Sequence record: SRR22947725_1514
Length of the DNA: 54,056 bases
Direction: 5' to 3' (one strand)
Shown here: positions 1-8,239 of the stretch, piece by piece
Position numbering within the stretch: position 1 is the first letter of the stretch
How the letters are laid out: every line of letters starts with the position of its first letter
Position numbers and translations under genes: made by a program
Notes under the pieces: model-generated
What the model was told of the DNA's origin: nothing
What the model saw: the letters and a program-made list of their open reading frames with translations, nothing else
Databases searched by the model: none

Positions 1-1
1 G

Positions 2-235
2 TTGTGTAGAATAATCCTGCTCGAAAAAAATTCCACAATACGCCCCACTACTTGCAGTAGAAATATGAGAATCATCATTAATATCTCCGATTGCTTTTTT
101 CCCATTAAATGTTTCTATAGTCTTTTTGTCTATGAGGTCAGAAACAAATAATCTTACATCCTGATTTTGTTCATTCAGCTTTATAAGCAGTTCAGCATCT
201 AAGTTATCTGTTGGATTTATACAAATTGCTGGCAT
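2..235 (-). CDS. Partial ORF (runs off the window edge), possibly a degenerate NAD(P)-binding Rossmann/NmrA-like protein
   Basis: Read manually: ATG at 235 gives MPAICINPTDNLDAELLIKLNEQNQDVRLFVSDLIDKKTIETFNGKKAIGDINDDSHISTASSGAYCGIFFEQDYSTQ, open to the edge. TATAAT lies 7 nt upstream. 'GDINDDSHISTASSGAY' resembles the SDR GDxxD..a..G pattern. Confidence 0.6.
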   Translation of the reverse strand, partial: MPAICINPTDNLDAELLIKLNEQNQDVRLFVSDLIDKKTIETFNGKKAIGDINDDSHISTASSGAYCGIFFEQDYSTQ

Positions 236-242
236 AGAAAAA

Positions 243-248
243 ATTATA
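243..248 (-). promoter_or_regulatory. -10 element (TATAAT), leaderless promoter
   Basis: TATAAT-N7-ATG on the minus strand. Confidence 0.6.
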
Positions 249-305
249 CTTAATAAAAAATTAAATCTACAGCCAATACCTTTTAATGTTTAATCACAAC
301 TCAAC

Positions 306-311
306 TAGAAT
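306..311 (+). promoter_or_regulatory. -10 element (TAGAAT), leaderless sufB promoter
   Basis: TAGAAT-N6-ATG; no Shine-Dalgarno. Confidence 0.6.
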
Positions 312-317
312 AGAAAT

Positions 318-1727
318 ATGGCAAATATAGATATAGATTTAGGTAAGTATTCACTGGGCTGGTCCGATCCAGAAAAAAACGCATTTAAACCCGAAAAAGG
401 TTTAAACGAAGACATTATTAGAAAAATTTCTGAAATTAAAGAAGAACCACAATGGATGCTTGATTATAGGTTAGACGCCTATAAAAAATTCTTAAAAAAA
501 CCTATGCCTGAATGGGTTGCAAAAGAAAAGCTTGCAGCTTTAGATTTTGATGATATTTATTACTATGTCAAACCAGCTGAAGAACAAACAGACTCTTGGG
601 ATATGGTTCCTGATGATATAAAAGAAACCTATGAAAAATTAGGTATTCCGCAAGCTGAAAGAAGTTATCTAGCAGGTGTAACTGCACAATACGATAGTGA
701 AGTTGTCTATCATAAAAACAGAGAAGACTTAGAAAAGCTAGGTGTATTATTTTGTGATATGGACACCGCCGTTAGAGAGTATCCAGAATTAGTTCAAGAA
801 TATTTTGGAACAGTGATTCCATCCGGAGATAATAAATTTGCTGCATTAAATTCAGCAGTATGGTCTGGAGGTTCATTCATTTATGTGCCTAAAGGAGTCC
901 ATGTAGAAGATCCATTACAAGCATATTTCAGGATTAATGCTGAAAATATGGGTCAGTTCGAAAGAACATTAATTCTTGTAGATGAAGGAGCTTCAGTTCA
1001 TTACATAGAAGGATGTTCCGCTCCTGTTTATACAACAGATGCCTTACATTCTGCTGTTGTTGAAATAGTAGTTAAAGCTTCAGGGACTTGTAGATACACA
1101 ACTATTCAAAACTGGTCCAACGATGTTTATAATCTGGTAACTAAAAGAGCTCAAGCTTATGGAAATGCCACTATGGAATGGATAGATGCAAACATAGGTT
1201 CATCTCTAACAGTGAAGTATCCATCAGTATATTTAATGGAACCAGGTGCACATGGCGAGGTGCTTTCAGTTGCTTTTGCCAATTCAGGACAACATCAAGA
1301 CACAGGGGCAAAGATGGTTCATATGGCTCCAGATACAACATCACTAATTACATCTAAATCTATCTCGAAAGGCGGAGGAAGAGGAGCTTATAGAGGTCTT
1401 GTTAGAGTTGAAGACGGTGCTGAAAAGGCAAAAAGTTTTGTTAGGTGTGATGCTTTGATTCTAGATGATAATTCTAGATCTGATACCTATCCATATATGG
1501 AGATTGAAGAGTCAACAGCTGAGATTGGTCACGAAGCAACAGTTTCAAAAGTAGGCGAAGACCAATTATTTTATTTAATGAGTAGGGGGCTTTCAGAAGA
1601 AGAAGCTACTTCTATGATCGTTGCGGGCTTTGTTGAAGAGTTCACTAAAACTCTTCCTATGGAATACGCAATGGAATTTAATAAACTCATTGAAATAAAT
1701 ATGATTGAAGCAGGCGCTGTCGGCTAA
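318..1727 (+). CDS. sufB: Fe-S cluster assembly protein SufB
   Basis: [64 protein letters not shown] motifs. Confidence 0.97.
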   Translation: MANIDIDLGKYSLGWSDPEKNAFKPEKGLNEDIIRKISEIKEEPQWMLDYRLDAYKKFLKKPMPEWVAKEKLAALDFDDIYYYVKPAEEQTDSWDMVPDDIKETYEKLGIPQAERSYLAGVTAQYDSEVVYHKNREDLEKLGVLFCDMDTAVREYPELVQEYFGTVIPSGDNKFAALNSAVWSGGSFIYVPKGVHVEDPLQAYFRINAENMGQFERTLILVDEGASVHYIEGCSAPVYTTDALHSAVVEIVVKASGTCRYTTIQNWSNDVYNLVTKRAQAYGNATMEWIDANIGSSLTVKYPSVYLMEPGAHGEVLSVAFANSGQHQDTGAKMVHMAPDTTSLITSKSISKGGGRGAYRGLVRVEDGAEKAKSFVRCDALILDDNSRSDTYPYMEIEESTAEIGHEATVSKVGEDQLFYLMSRGLSEEEATSMIVAGFVEEFTKTLPMEYAMEFNKLIEINMIEAGAVG

Positions 1728-1741
1728 ATCAATAGAATAGG

Positions 1742-2911
1742 TTGATATTGAATAAAAAAATAATTGAAAAAAAACTGCGTTCTGAAGACGGTAGTAACAT
1801 AAAAGATTTAACCACTAGAGATGAGGATTGGAAATATGTATCTTTACAATCAGACATTAACAATCTTGAATTAGGTAACAATACAGATTTACAAGTTTCT
1901 GAGGGTTTTCATATGGATGCAAATGGTTCCATATACAACTTAAACAATCCTGTGGAGGGCATATCTTTTATTGATTTTTCAGAAATTGACACTCCTGTTA
2001 TTGAAGAATCCCTCAAAAGACCTATTGATAAATTTCTATACCAACAAATCACCAGAGCAAGTGGAGGATTTAGAGCTGATGTTAAAGATGATATTACAGA
2101 TTATTTTAAAATAAATTTTCAATCTAAAGAAAATACCATTCCATATCTGGGTATAAATGTTGAAAAAAACAAATCAGCTAAATTTTTTATTAATTTTGGA
2201 GACCTTGTACAAAGCAATATTTACCCTCTAATAGAACTAAATTTGGAGGCTAATTCAAATCTTGAAATAATTATACAATCCACTTCATGTCATGAAATCA
2301 ATCTAATCAACTCACTTTATGCAAAACTGAATAAAGACGCCAGCTTATCAATGCACATGGTTAGTACGGGTGGTACATTTTCTAGATCTCGAATCGATAT
2401 AGACCTGTACGGGAATGGGTCAAACTTTAATATTGACGGTGTCTATTTTGGTGAGAATCAACAGACCCATGATAATAGAGTATTTGTAAATCATTTGGGT
2501 CAAAATACTACTTCTAATATGCAAACTAAAGGTGTTTTAGGAGATGAAAGTAAATCAATATTTACCGGAACTATTCATATAGCTGAAGGTGCAAGTAAAA
2601 CTGAATCACATCAGGAGAATAGAAATATACTTTTAAGCGATAAGGCAAGTGCCCAATCTGTTCCAAATATGGAAATTCTTTGTGATGATGTTATATGTGG
2701 CCATGGTTCATCAGTAGGCCCTATAGATGAAAATCTATATCATTATGTAATGTCAAGAGGAGTAAAAAAAGAAAAAGCAGAAAAACTCTTAATTAAAGGA
2801 TTTTTTAATGAGGTTATTAATAAAGACAGTTGGGATATTATCAACAAAGAGGTTTCTTCTCAATTAATTTCTAAGTATGAGAATGTTTTAGAGAGGTCAA
2901 ATAATGGGTAA
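1742..2911 (+). CDS. sufD: Fe-S cluster assembly protein SufD
   Basis: EDWKY near N-terminus; C-terminal PNMEILCDDVICGHGSSVG..YVMSRG; follows sufB. Confidence 0.93.
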   Translation: MILNKKIIEKKLRSEDGSNIKDLTTRDEDWKYVSLQSDINNLELGNNTDLQVSEGFHMDANGSIYNLNNPVEGISFIDFSEIDTPVIEESLKRPIDKFLYQQITRASGGFRADVKDDITDYFKINFQSKENTIPYLGINVEKNKSAKFFINFGDLVQSNIYPLIELNLEANSNLEIIIQSTSCHEINLINSLYAKLNKDASLSMHMVSTGGTFSRSRIDIDLYGNGSNFNIDGVYFGENQQTHDNRVFVNHLGQNTTSNMQTKGVLGDESKSIFTGTIHIAEGASKTESHQENRNILLSDKASAQSVPNMEILCDDVICGHGSSVGPIDENLYHYVMSRGVKKEKAEKLLIKGFFNEVINKDSWDIINKEVSSQLISKYENVLERSNNG

Positions 2912-3221
2912 GATAAAAGTTTTAAATAAGTCTGAATTACTGACAAATCACTCAAAAGTAGTGAATGTTAATAATACCGAAATCGCAGTATTTAATGTCG
3001 AAGGTGAATATTTTGCCATAAATGACAGATGTTCACATGCAGAAGCCTCTCTTTCAGAAGGTGAAGTTTATGACTGTAAAGTAGAATGCCCACTTCATGG
3101 AGCAGAGTTTGACTTAAAAACGGGGGAAGCACTTACACCACCTGCTTCAAAAGCTGTTGTGTGTTATCAAATTAGCACTGATGAAGAGTCAATTTATATT
3201 GAATTGGATGAGAATGCTTAA
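2904..3221 (+). CDS. Rieske-type [2Fe-2S] ferredoxin
   Basis: CSH...CPLHG Rieske ligands; usual position in the actinobacterial suf operon. Confidence 0.92.
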   Translation: MGKIKVLNKSELLTNHSKVVNVNNTEIAVFNVEGEYFAINDRCSHAEASLSEGEVYDCKVECPLHGAEFDLKTGEALTPPASKAVVCYQISTDEESIYIELDENA

Positions 3222-3909
3222 AGTAAATAACTTAAAAGTATCAATTGGTGAAGTTCAAATTTTACGTGGAGTTGACATAGAAGTTCCTTCAGGAGAACTT
3301 CATGCAATTATGGGTCCTAATGGATCTGGAAAGTCAACTTTCTGCCATGCAATAATGGGAAATCCTGATTATTCTCAATCCGGTGTTGTCACTGTAGGAG
3401 AAACAGATATTTCAAAACTTACACAATATGAAAGATCTGCTGCGGGCGTATTTCAGTCCTTTCAGTACCCAGTTGGTCTACCCGGGGTAACACTAAAAGA
3501 GTATATTAATGAAATTAATCCTGAGTTGAACGATGAAGAAATATTGGAGTTATCTAAAAAATTTAACGTTAGTAATTTTCTAGACAGAGATGTAAATGTC
3601 GACCTTTCGGGTGGAGAGAAAAAAAGATCTGAATTATTCCAACTTGCGGTAAAAAAACCTAAAGTAGCTTTATTAGACGAGATAGATTCAGGATTGGATA
3701 TTGATGCAATAAAATCTGTATCTTCACTAATTAATGAGAATAGAAATGAGGAGACATCCTACATTCTTGTCACACACTACAGTAGAATTTTAAAATATTT
3801 GGAAGTTGACCGAGTGCATATTGTAGTTCAAGGTAATGTGGTTAAATCTGGCGATCAAGAATTAATTGAAGAAGTCGATTCGAATGGATACACTCAATAT
3901 CAGGAATAA
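3214..3909 (+). CDS. sufC: Fe-S assembly ATPase SufC, copy 1 (shorter, divergent)
   Basis: MGPNGSGKST, FQYP, LSGGEKKR, LDEIDSGLDID, THY. Start moved to ATG 3214, overlapping the ferredoxin 3' end. Confidence 0.9.
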   Translation: MLKVNNLKVSIGEVQILRGVDIEVPSGELHAIMGPNGSGKSTFCHAIMGNPDYSQSGVVTVGETDISKLTQYERSAAGVFQSFQYPVGLPGVTLKEYINEINPELNDEEILELSKKFNVSNFLDRDVNVDLSGGEKKRSELFQLAVKKPKVALLDEIDSGLDIDAIKSVSSLINENRNEETSYILVTHYSRILKYLEVDRVHIVVQGNVVKSGDQELIEEVDSNGYTQYQE

Positions 3910-3911
3910 TA

Positions 3912-5282
3912 TTGAATAAAAAAAATACAAGAATAGAAAAAGATTCAATGGGTGAATTTGAAGTCCCAGATTCAGCAAAGTACGGTGCCTCAACTGCAAG
4001 AGCTGTTGAAAATTTTCCAATATCAGAACTAAAATTTTCAAGAACTTTTATAAAATCGCTAGCTGAAGTTAAAAAAGCATGTGCCGTAGTAAATCATAAA
4101 AATAATCTTTTACCTAAAAATATTGCTGACGCAATTATAAGTAGCTCCCAAGAAGTTATTGAAGGTATGCATGATGGAGACTTTGTTTTGGATATTTTTC
4201 AGACAGGATCTGGAACATCTACCAATATGAATGCTAACGAGATAATCGCTAACTTAGCATCTGTTAAAAGTGGTGAACCTGTGCACCCGAATGACCATGT
4301 TAATATGAGCCAATCATCCAATGACATAATTCCAACTGCTACCAACGTTGCATGTGTTTTAGATGTTGTCAATAATCTCATACCAGTCCTTGAAAACCTT
4401 GAGAGTTCTCTTAGTGAAAAAGCTAAGTTGTGGGAGAAAGTTTATAAAAATGGTCGTACGCACTTAATGGATGCTACTCCTGTTACTTTAGGCCAGGAAT
4501 TTGCTGGCTATGCTTCATTGATCCAAGAAAGAACAAAAGATATTGAAACTGCCTTAATTAATGTAAGAAAACTTGCAATTGGAGGGACGGCAGTAGGAAC
4601 AGGGATTAATGCTCCAGAAAATTTTGGTAGCGACGTATCACTTGAATTGCAACAATCTCTTGATACTCCATTTCAAGAAATTGAAAATCACTTTACCAGA
4701 CAAGGTTCAAGAGAGGAAATTGTGCAACTCTCAGGGACCCTAAAATCATTAGCCGTATCTCTTTTTAAGATAGCAAATGATATTAGGTGGATGGGGAGTG
4801 GACCTGTTTCAGGCTTGGGAGAGCTTAAAATTCCTGCACTACAGCCAGGTTCCTCAATTATGCCTGGAAAGGTCAATCCAGTCATTCCAGAAATGATGAT
4901 GCAAGTATCTGCTCAAGTTATTGGAAATGATACTGCTATCACATTCTCTGCAGCAAATGGTAATTTTGAACTAAATACGATGCTACCAATTATGGCTCAT
5001 AATATTTTAGAAAGTATATCAATCCTCACAACTGGGGCAAAAGTATTTACAGAAAAATTAGTAAATGGACTTGAAGCGAATACAGATAAATTAGATGAAA
5101 ATATTCAGAAAAACTCAATTCTAGTTACTGCGTTAGTACCAAAGCTTGGTTATGACATTGCTGCTGAGGTCGCAAAGGAAGCTATTGCTGAAAACAAGAC
5201 TATAAAGACAGTTCTTTTAGATAGAGCTTTGTTACCTGAAAATGAAATAGACGAACTTTTAGATATTGAAAAATTGATTTGA
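3912..5282 (+). CDS. fumC: Class II fumarate hydratase
   Basis: RIEKDSMG, QTGSGTSTNMNANE, HPNDHVNMSQSSND, GRTHLMDA, GSSIMPGKVNP. Confidence 0.95.
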   Translation: MNKKNTRIEKDSMGEFEVPDSAKYGASTARAVENFPISELKFSRTFIKSLAEVKKACAVVNHKNNLLPKNIADAIISSSQEVIEGMHDGDFVLDIFQTGSGTSTNMNANEIIANLASVKSGEPVHPNDHVNMSQSSNDIIPTATNVACVLDVVNNLIPVLENLESSLSEKAKLWEKVYKNGRTHLMDATPVTLGQEFAGYASLIQERTKDIETALINVRKLAIGGTAVGTGINAPENFGSDVSLELQQSLDTPFQEIENHFTRQGSREEIVQLSGTLKSLAVSLFKIANDIRWMGSGPVSGLGELKIPALQPGSSIMPGKVNPVIPEMMMQVSAQVIGNDTAITFSAANGNFELNTMLPIMAHNILESISILTTGAKVFTEKLVNGLEANTDKLDENIQKNSILVTALVPKLGYDIAAEVAKEAIAENKTIKTVLLDRALLPENEIDELLDIEKLI

Positions 5283-5716
5283 TGATTACAAAAGTTGCGA
5301 TTGCTTCAGACCACAAAGGGTATGCACTCAAGGAGTACATCGTTAATAATTTTGACAAGCAAATGACCGTTATGGATTTTGGAACAAACAGCAAGGAAAG
5401 TTGTGACTTTCCAGATTTTGCATCTAAAGTGTGCGAGTTTGTTCTTGAAAATGATGACTCTAGGGGGATACTAATTTGCGGAAGTGGTGTTGGTATGTCA
5501 ATAGCTGCTAATAAATTTGTAGGAATACGAGCAGCTAATGTTTCAGATGAGCTTACTGCAGTTCAGAGTGTTGAACATAATAATGTAAATATATTATCCC
5601 TCGGATCAGATAATGTTGATAGAGAATTAGCTATGAACATTGTCATTTCATTTCTTAATTCAAACTTTAGCGAGGAAGAAAGATACCAAAGAAGAATTAA
5701 TAAACTAGCTAATTAA
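5279..5716 (+). CDS. rpiB: Ribose-5-phosphate isomerase B
   Basis: ASDHKG, CGSGVGMSIAANK, HNNVN. Confidence 0.93.
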   Translation: MMITKVAIASDHKGYALKEYIVNNFDKQMTVMDFGTNSKESCDFPDFASKVCEFVLENDDSRGILICGSGVGMSIAANKFVGIRAANVSDELTAVQSVEHNNVNILSLGSDNVDRELAMNIVISFLNSNFSEEERYQRRINKLAN

Positions 5717-6572
5717 TCGTAAAAAGATTTTTGCCTTCGAAACTTTTTGTACCATTTACGTAGCTAAAATACTTTCTGCACTCACATGATTGATACTCAA
5801 TATCAATAGGAAAAAATTCTCTTTTTGCTTCAGGCCAGTAATCTTTTTGCAGTTGAATCATTTTTAATCCAACATCCTGATGTGAATCTAAGTTTAAAAA
5901 ATCTTGAAGTCTGTCGAGATATGGTTCCGCTCCTATGCCAGTTGGAACATTTGAAGTCATTGGAATAACATCTTGTCTAAACCAGGCAATATCAATTAAC
6001 GCCATAAAAATTGGAAAATCATTATTCATTTTAAATATTGTGTTTATATTATTTGTTGCAGTAATTACGTCTTTATTTGAGTTAAGAATTATTTCGGTCA
6101 AAGCTTCCTTATTTTCATAAAATTTATACGTTGCTGCATCTATTCTTTCATATTTATTCCCATCCCAAAATGAACTCTCTACAGGATAAGCTGAAAAATT
6201 TTCCCATTGTTCTAAATTAAGAAGTTTTCTTTTTAAAATTTCTGGATCTTTTAAATCATGTATATTTAAATGATCTAAAGTAACTTGTCTATTACACCAC
6301 CTACTAAAAAATAGGGCTTGAACAAGTAAGGGGAGATCATCTTTAGCTGATGTAGCAAAATTAATAATGGACTTACTAACTTTGTCATCTTCTCTGAATA
6401 CATTTAAAAATCTACCTTGTTGAAATATCAGATCATCACTCCAGGGAAAGGTCAGACCAGCTTCTCTTTTTTGACGGATACTTTCACGTTCTTTGCAATA
6501 ATTAAAAAAACTTTCTACTGGATTTTCTATTTTTAGTCCATCCAAGGATGTTTTATATTTATTTATAGTCAT
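5709..6572 (-). CDS. aGPT-Pplase1 / 5-hmdU DNA kinase helical-domain-like protein
   Basis: N-terminal FFNYCKERESIRQKR..PWSDDLIFQQGRFLNVFREDDKVS, central GIGA, C-terminal DIEYQSCECRKY. These match the remembered family pattern ER..I..R..PWTDDPIL..kF.NvyR..Dr.S / GPGA / d.E..LCE..KY. Confidence 0.75.
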   Translation of the reverse strand: MTINKYKTSLDGLKIENPVESFFNYCKERESIRQKREAGLTFPWSDDLIFQQGRFLNVFREDDKVSKSIINFATSAKDDLPLLVQALFFSRWCNRQVTLDHLNIHDLKDPEILKRKLLNLEQWENFSAYPVESSFWDGNKYERIDAATYKFYENKEALTEIILNSNKDVITATNNINTIFKMNNDFPIFMALIDIAWFRQDVIPMTSNVPTGIGAEPYLDRLQDFLNLDSHQDVGLKMIQLQKDYWPEAKREFFPIDIEYQSCECRKYFSYVNGTKSFEGKNLFTIN

Positions 6573-6573
6573 G

Positions 6574-6930
6574 TTAGATTGACATTTGCCAAATAGCTTT
6601 TATCCAATCATCTTGAATCTTATTTCTAGCGAAAACTACAATACCAATTGCACCTTCTTCATAAACTTCTCTCATAGAGGTTCCGGTCGTGTAAACATCA
6701 TCTGCAATTAAAAGTGGATCACCCGGTTTTTTTGTGGAGTATTTTTTAAGAGCTTTTTCAAATGGTATGCCCCCGCGGGGAATGCCTTTTACTTCTCTAA
6801 ATACTATCTTTTCACTTACAATCTTTGCAAGTGCTTCATAATCATTTTCGGATAAGGCATCACACTCTACTTTCCACGTAAGAGGAAGTCCAGCATGAGA
6901 AATAAAGTCTTCTTTAATAAATAGATTCAT
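6574..6930 (-). CDS. pyrE: Minimal phosphoribosyltransferase, probable orotate PRTase
   Basis: PRPP-binding loop LIADDVYTTGTS, GIPRGG, F.SHAG hood; position in the pyr operon; only 118 aa. Confidence 0.7.
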   Translation of the reverse strand: MNLFIKEDFISHAGLPLTWKVECDALSENDYEALAKIVSEKIVFREVKGIPRGGIPFEKALKKYSTKKPGDPLLIADDVYTTGTSMREVYEEGAIGIVVFARNKIQDDWIKAIWQMSI

Positions 6931-7604
6931 AATAACTTCCTTAATTTTAGCGGATTAAAACAAACAGTTCCCAAGCTTATGTGATTTGCTCCAATATCTT
7001 TATAATATTGCATATCTTCCTTCGTGTACACTCCACCTCCGGCGATAGTCTCAACTTCAGGATAATTTTTATTAATGTGTTCTATAAATTTAGTAGTATA
7101 TGGAATAAGCTCTTTCCCACTTAAACCCCCCTCTGCAATTGGAAGTGTATTGCAGGCGTGTATTTGTTTAAATCCAAACACTGTAATGTAATACTCCAGT
7201 TCTTTAAAAGTAGTTGTTGGAGAAATTTTACCTATGAACCACTCTCTTGAGTCGGAACTAAAGTCTTCTATGCCGTCTGTATAGTGTTTATCTATGTTTG
7301 GACAAGACATATTTACCTCTAGGTTAAAATGATCCGGGATAATTTTTGTGAATATTTTCCAGTCATCTTTCTCTATACCTGCTATTGAAAACACATCAGT
7401 ATGTTTATATTTGTTAATACCATCATTAACTCCTGGATTCCTTAGACCAATTTTGTTAACCCAGCCACGTTTGGTGTAACGTAATGTTTTTACGATTTGC
7501 CTCAACCTACCCGTTCTTTTGTCTACTGTCCAGCTGCCTGTAACGGATATTGTTTTACTAGTTTTTATATAGTTTCCAAAGGGTGCAGCAATAAACTTAT
7601 TCAT
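6927..7604 (-). CDS. pyrD: Minimal class-1-like dihydroorotate dehydrogenase
   Basis: NKIGLRNPG, catalytic EVNMSCPN, CNT, GGLSG, IAGGGV; only 225 aa. Confidence 0.82.
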   Translation of the reverse strand: MNKFIAAPFGNYIKTSKTISVTGSWTVDKRTGRLRQIVKTLRYTKRGWVNKIGLRNPGVNDGINKYKHTDVFSIAGIEKDDWKIFTKIIPDHFNLEVNMSCPNIDKHYTDGIEDFSSDSREWFIGKISPTTTFKELEYYITVFGFKQIHACNTLPIAEGGLSGKELIPYTTKFIEHINKNYPEVETIAGGGVYTKEDMQYYKDIGANHISLGTVCFNPLKLRKLL

Positions 7605-8239
7605 AATTTCAACTCTTTAATAACATACTCAATATTATTTCTCAATGACCTTCCCATAACTAAATAATCTGCACCTGATTGAATAGCTAGTTCGGGTGTG
7701 GTTGTATTCTTTTGATCATCAATATCATCATTTTCTAAACGTATTCCGGGTGTAACAATAAGATTAAATAATTTTTTCGTGCTCACTATTTCAGATGGCG
7801 GGCAGATAACTCCATCAATTTTTGATTCTTTAGCAATTAAAAAATCTTTAAGCACCTCGTCACTAGTTGTTGGTGTAGATGCTTTACTGGTTAGTGCACG
7901 ACTAACACCAAGTATTTTAATATTTTTAGCTTTATTTTCTTGTGCTGCATCTAGGGCTTCTTTTCCTGATGCTATGTGAATCGTTAAAAAATCTGCTCCT
8001 ATGTTTCCTGCATTAACAGTTGCTGCTTGAACAGTGTTTGGTATGTCATGTAACTTCAAATCAAGAAAAACATTCCAACCATCTTTTTTAAGTTCTTCAA
8101 CCGCAGAAGGGCCTTCAGATGTGAATAATTCAAGACCAACTTTAACACCGTAAATATGTCCCTTAAGCATTTTTAATTCAACATCAAAGTCTGATAATTT
8201 TTTACTATCAAGTGCGAAGAAGATTGGTTTAACTGACAT
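7601..8239 (-). CDS. pyrF: Orotidine-5'-phosphate decarboxylase
   Basis: [28 protein letters not shown]. Start moved to ATG 8239 (MSVKPIFF). Confidence 0.94.
   Translation of the reverse strand: MSVKPIFFALDSKKLSDFDVELKMLKGHIYGVKVGLELFTSEGPSAVEELKKDGWNVFLDLKLHDIPNTVQAATVNAGNIGADFLTIHIASGKEALDAAQENKAKNIKILGVSRALTSKASTPTTSDEVLKDFLIAKESKIDGVICPPSEIVSTKKLFNLIVTPGIRLENDDIDDQKNTTTPELAIQSGADYLVMGRSLRNNIEYVIKELKL

Noticed and set aside
318-1727. Intein in SufB, as in some mycobacteria
   Set aside because: 469 aa is normal length; no insertion or splice motifs.
3157-3213. N-terminal extensions in the ORF track (sufC1; also pyrF, carA, sufC2, lipBA, 36666)
   Set aside because: They overlap neighbouring genes or promoters; downstream starts fit homology and coupling better.
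5709-7604. Prophage or integrative element around the virus-like genes
   Set aside because: No integrase, structural genes, att-like repeats or obvious compositional break; the genes abut pyrF and rpiB directly.
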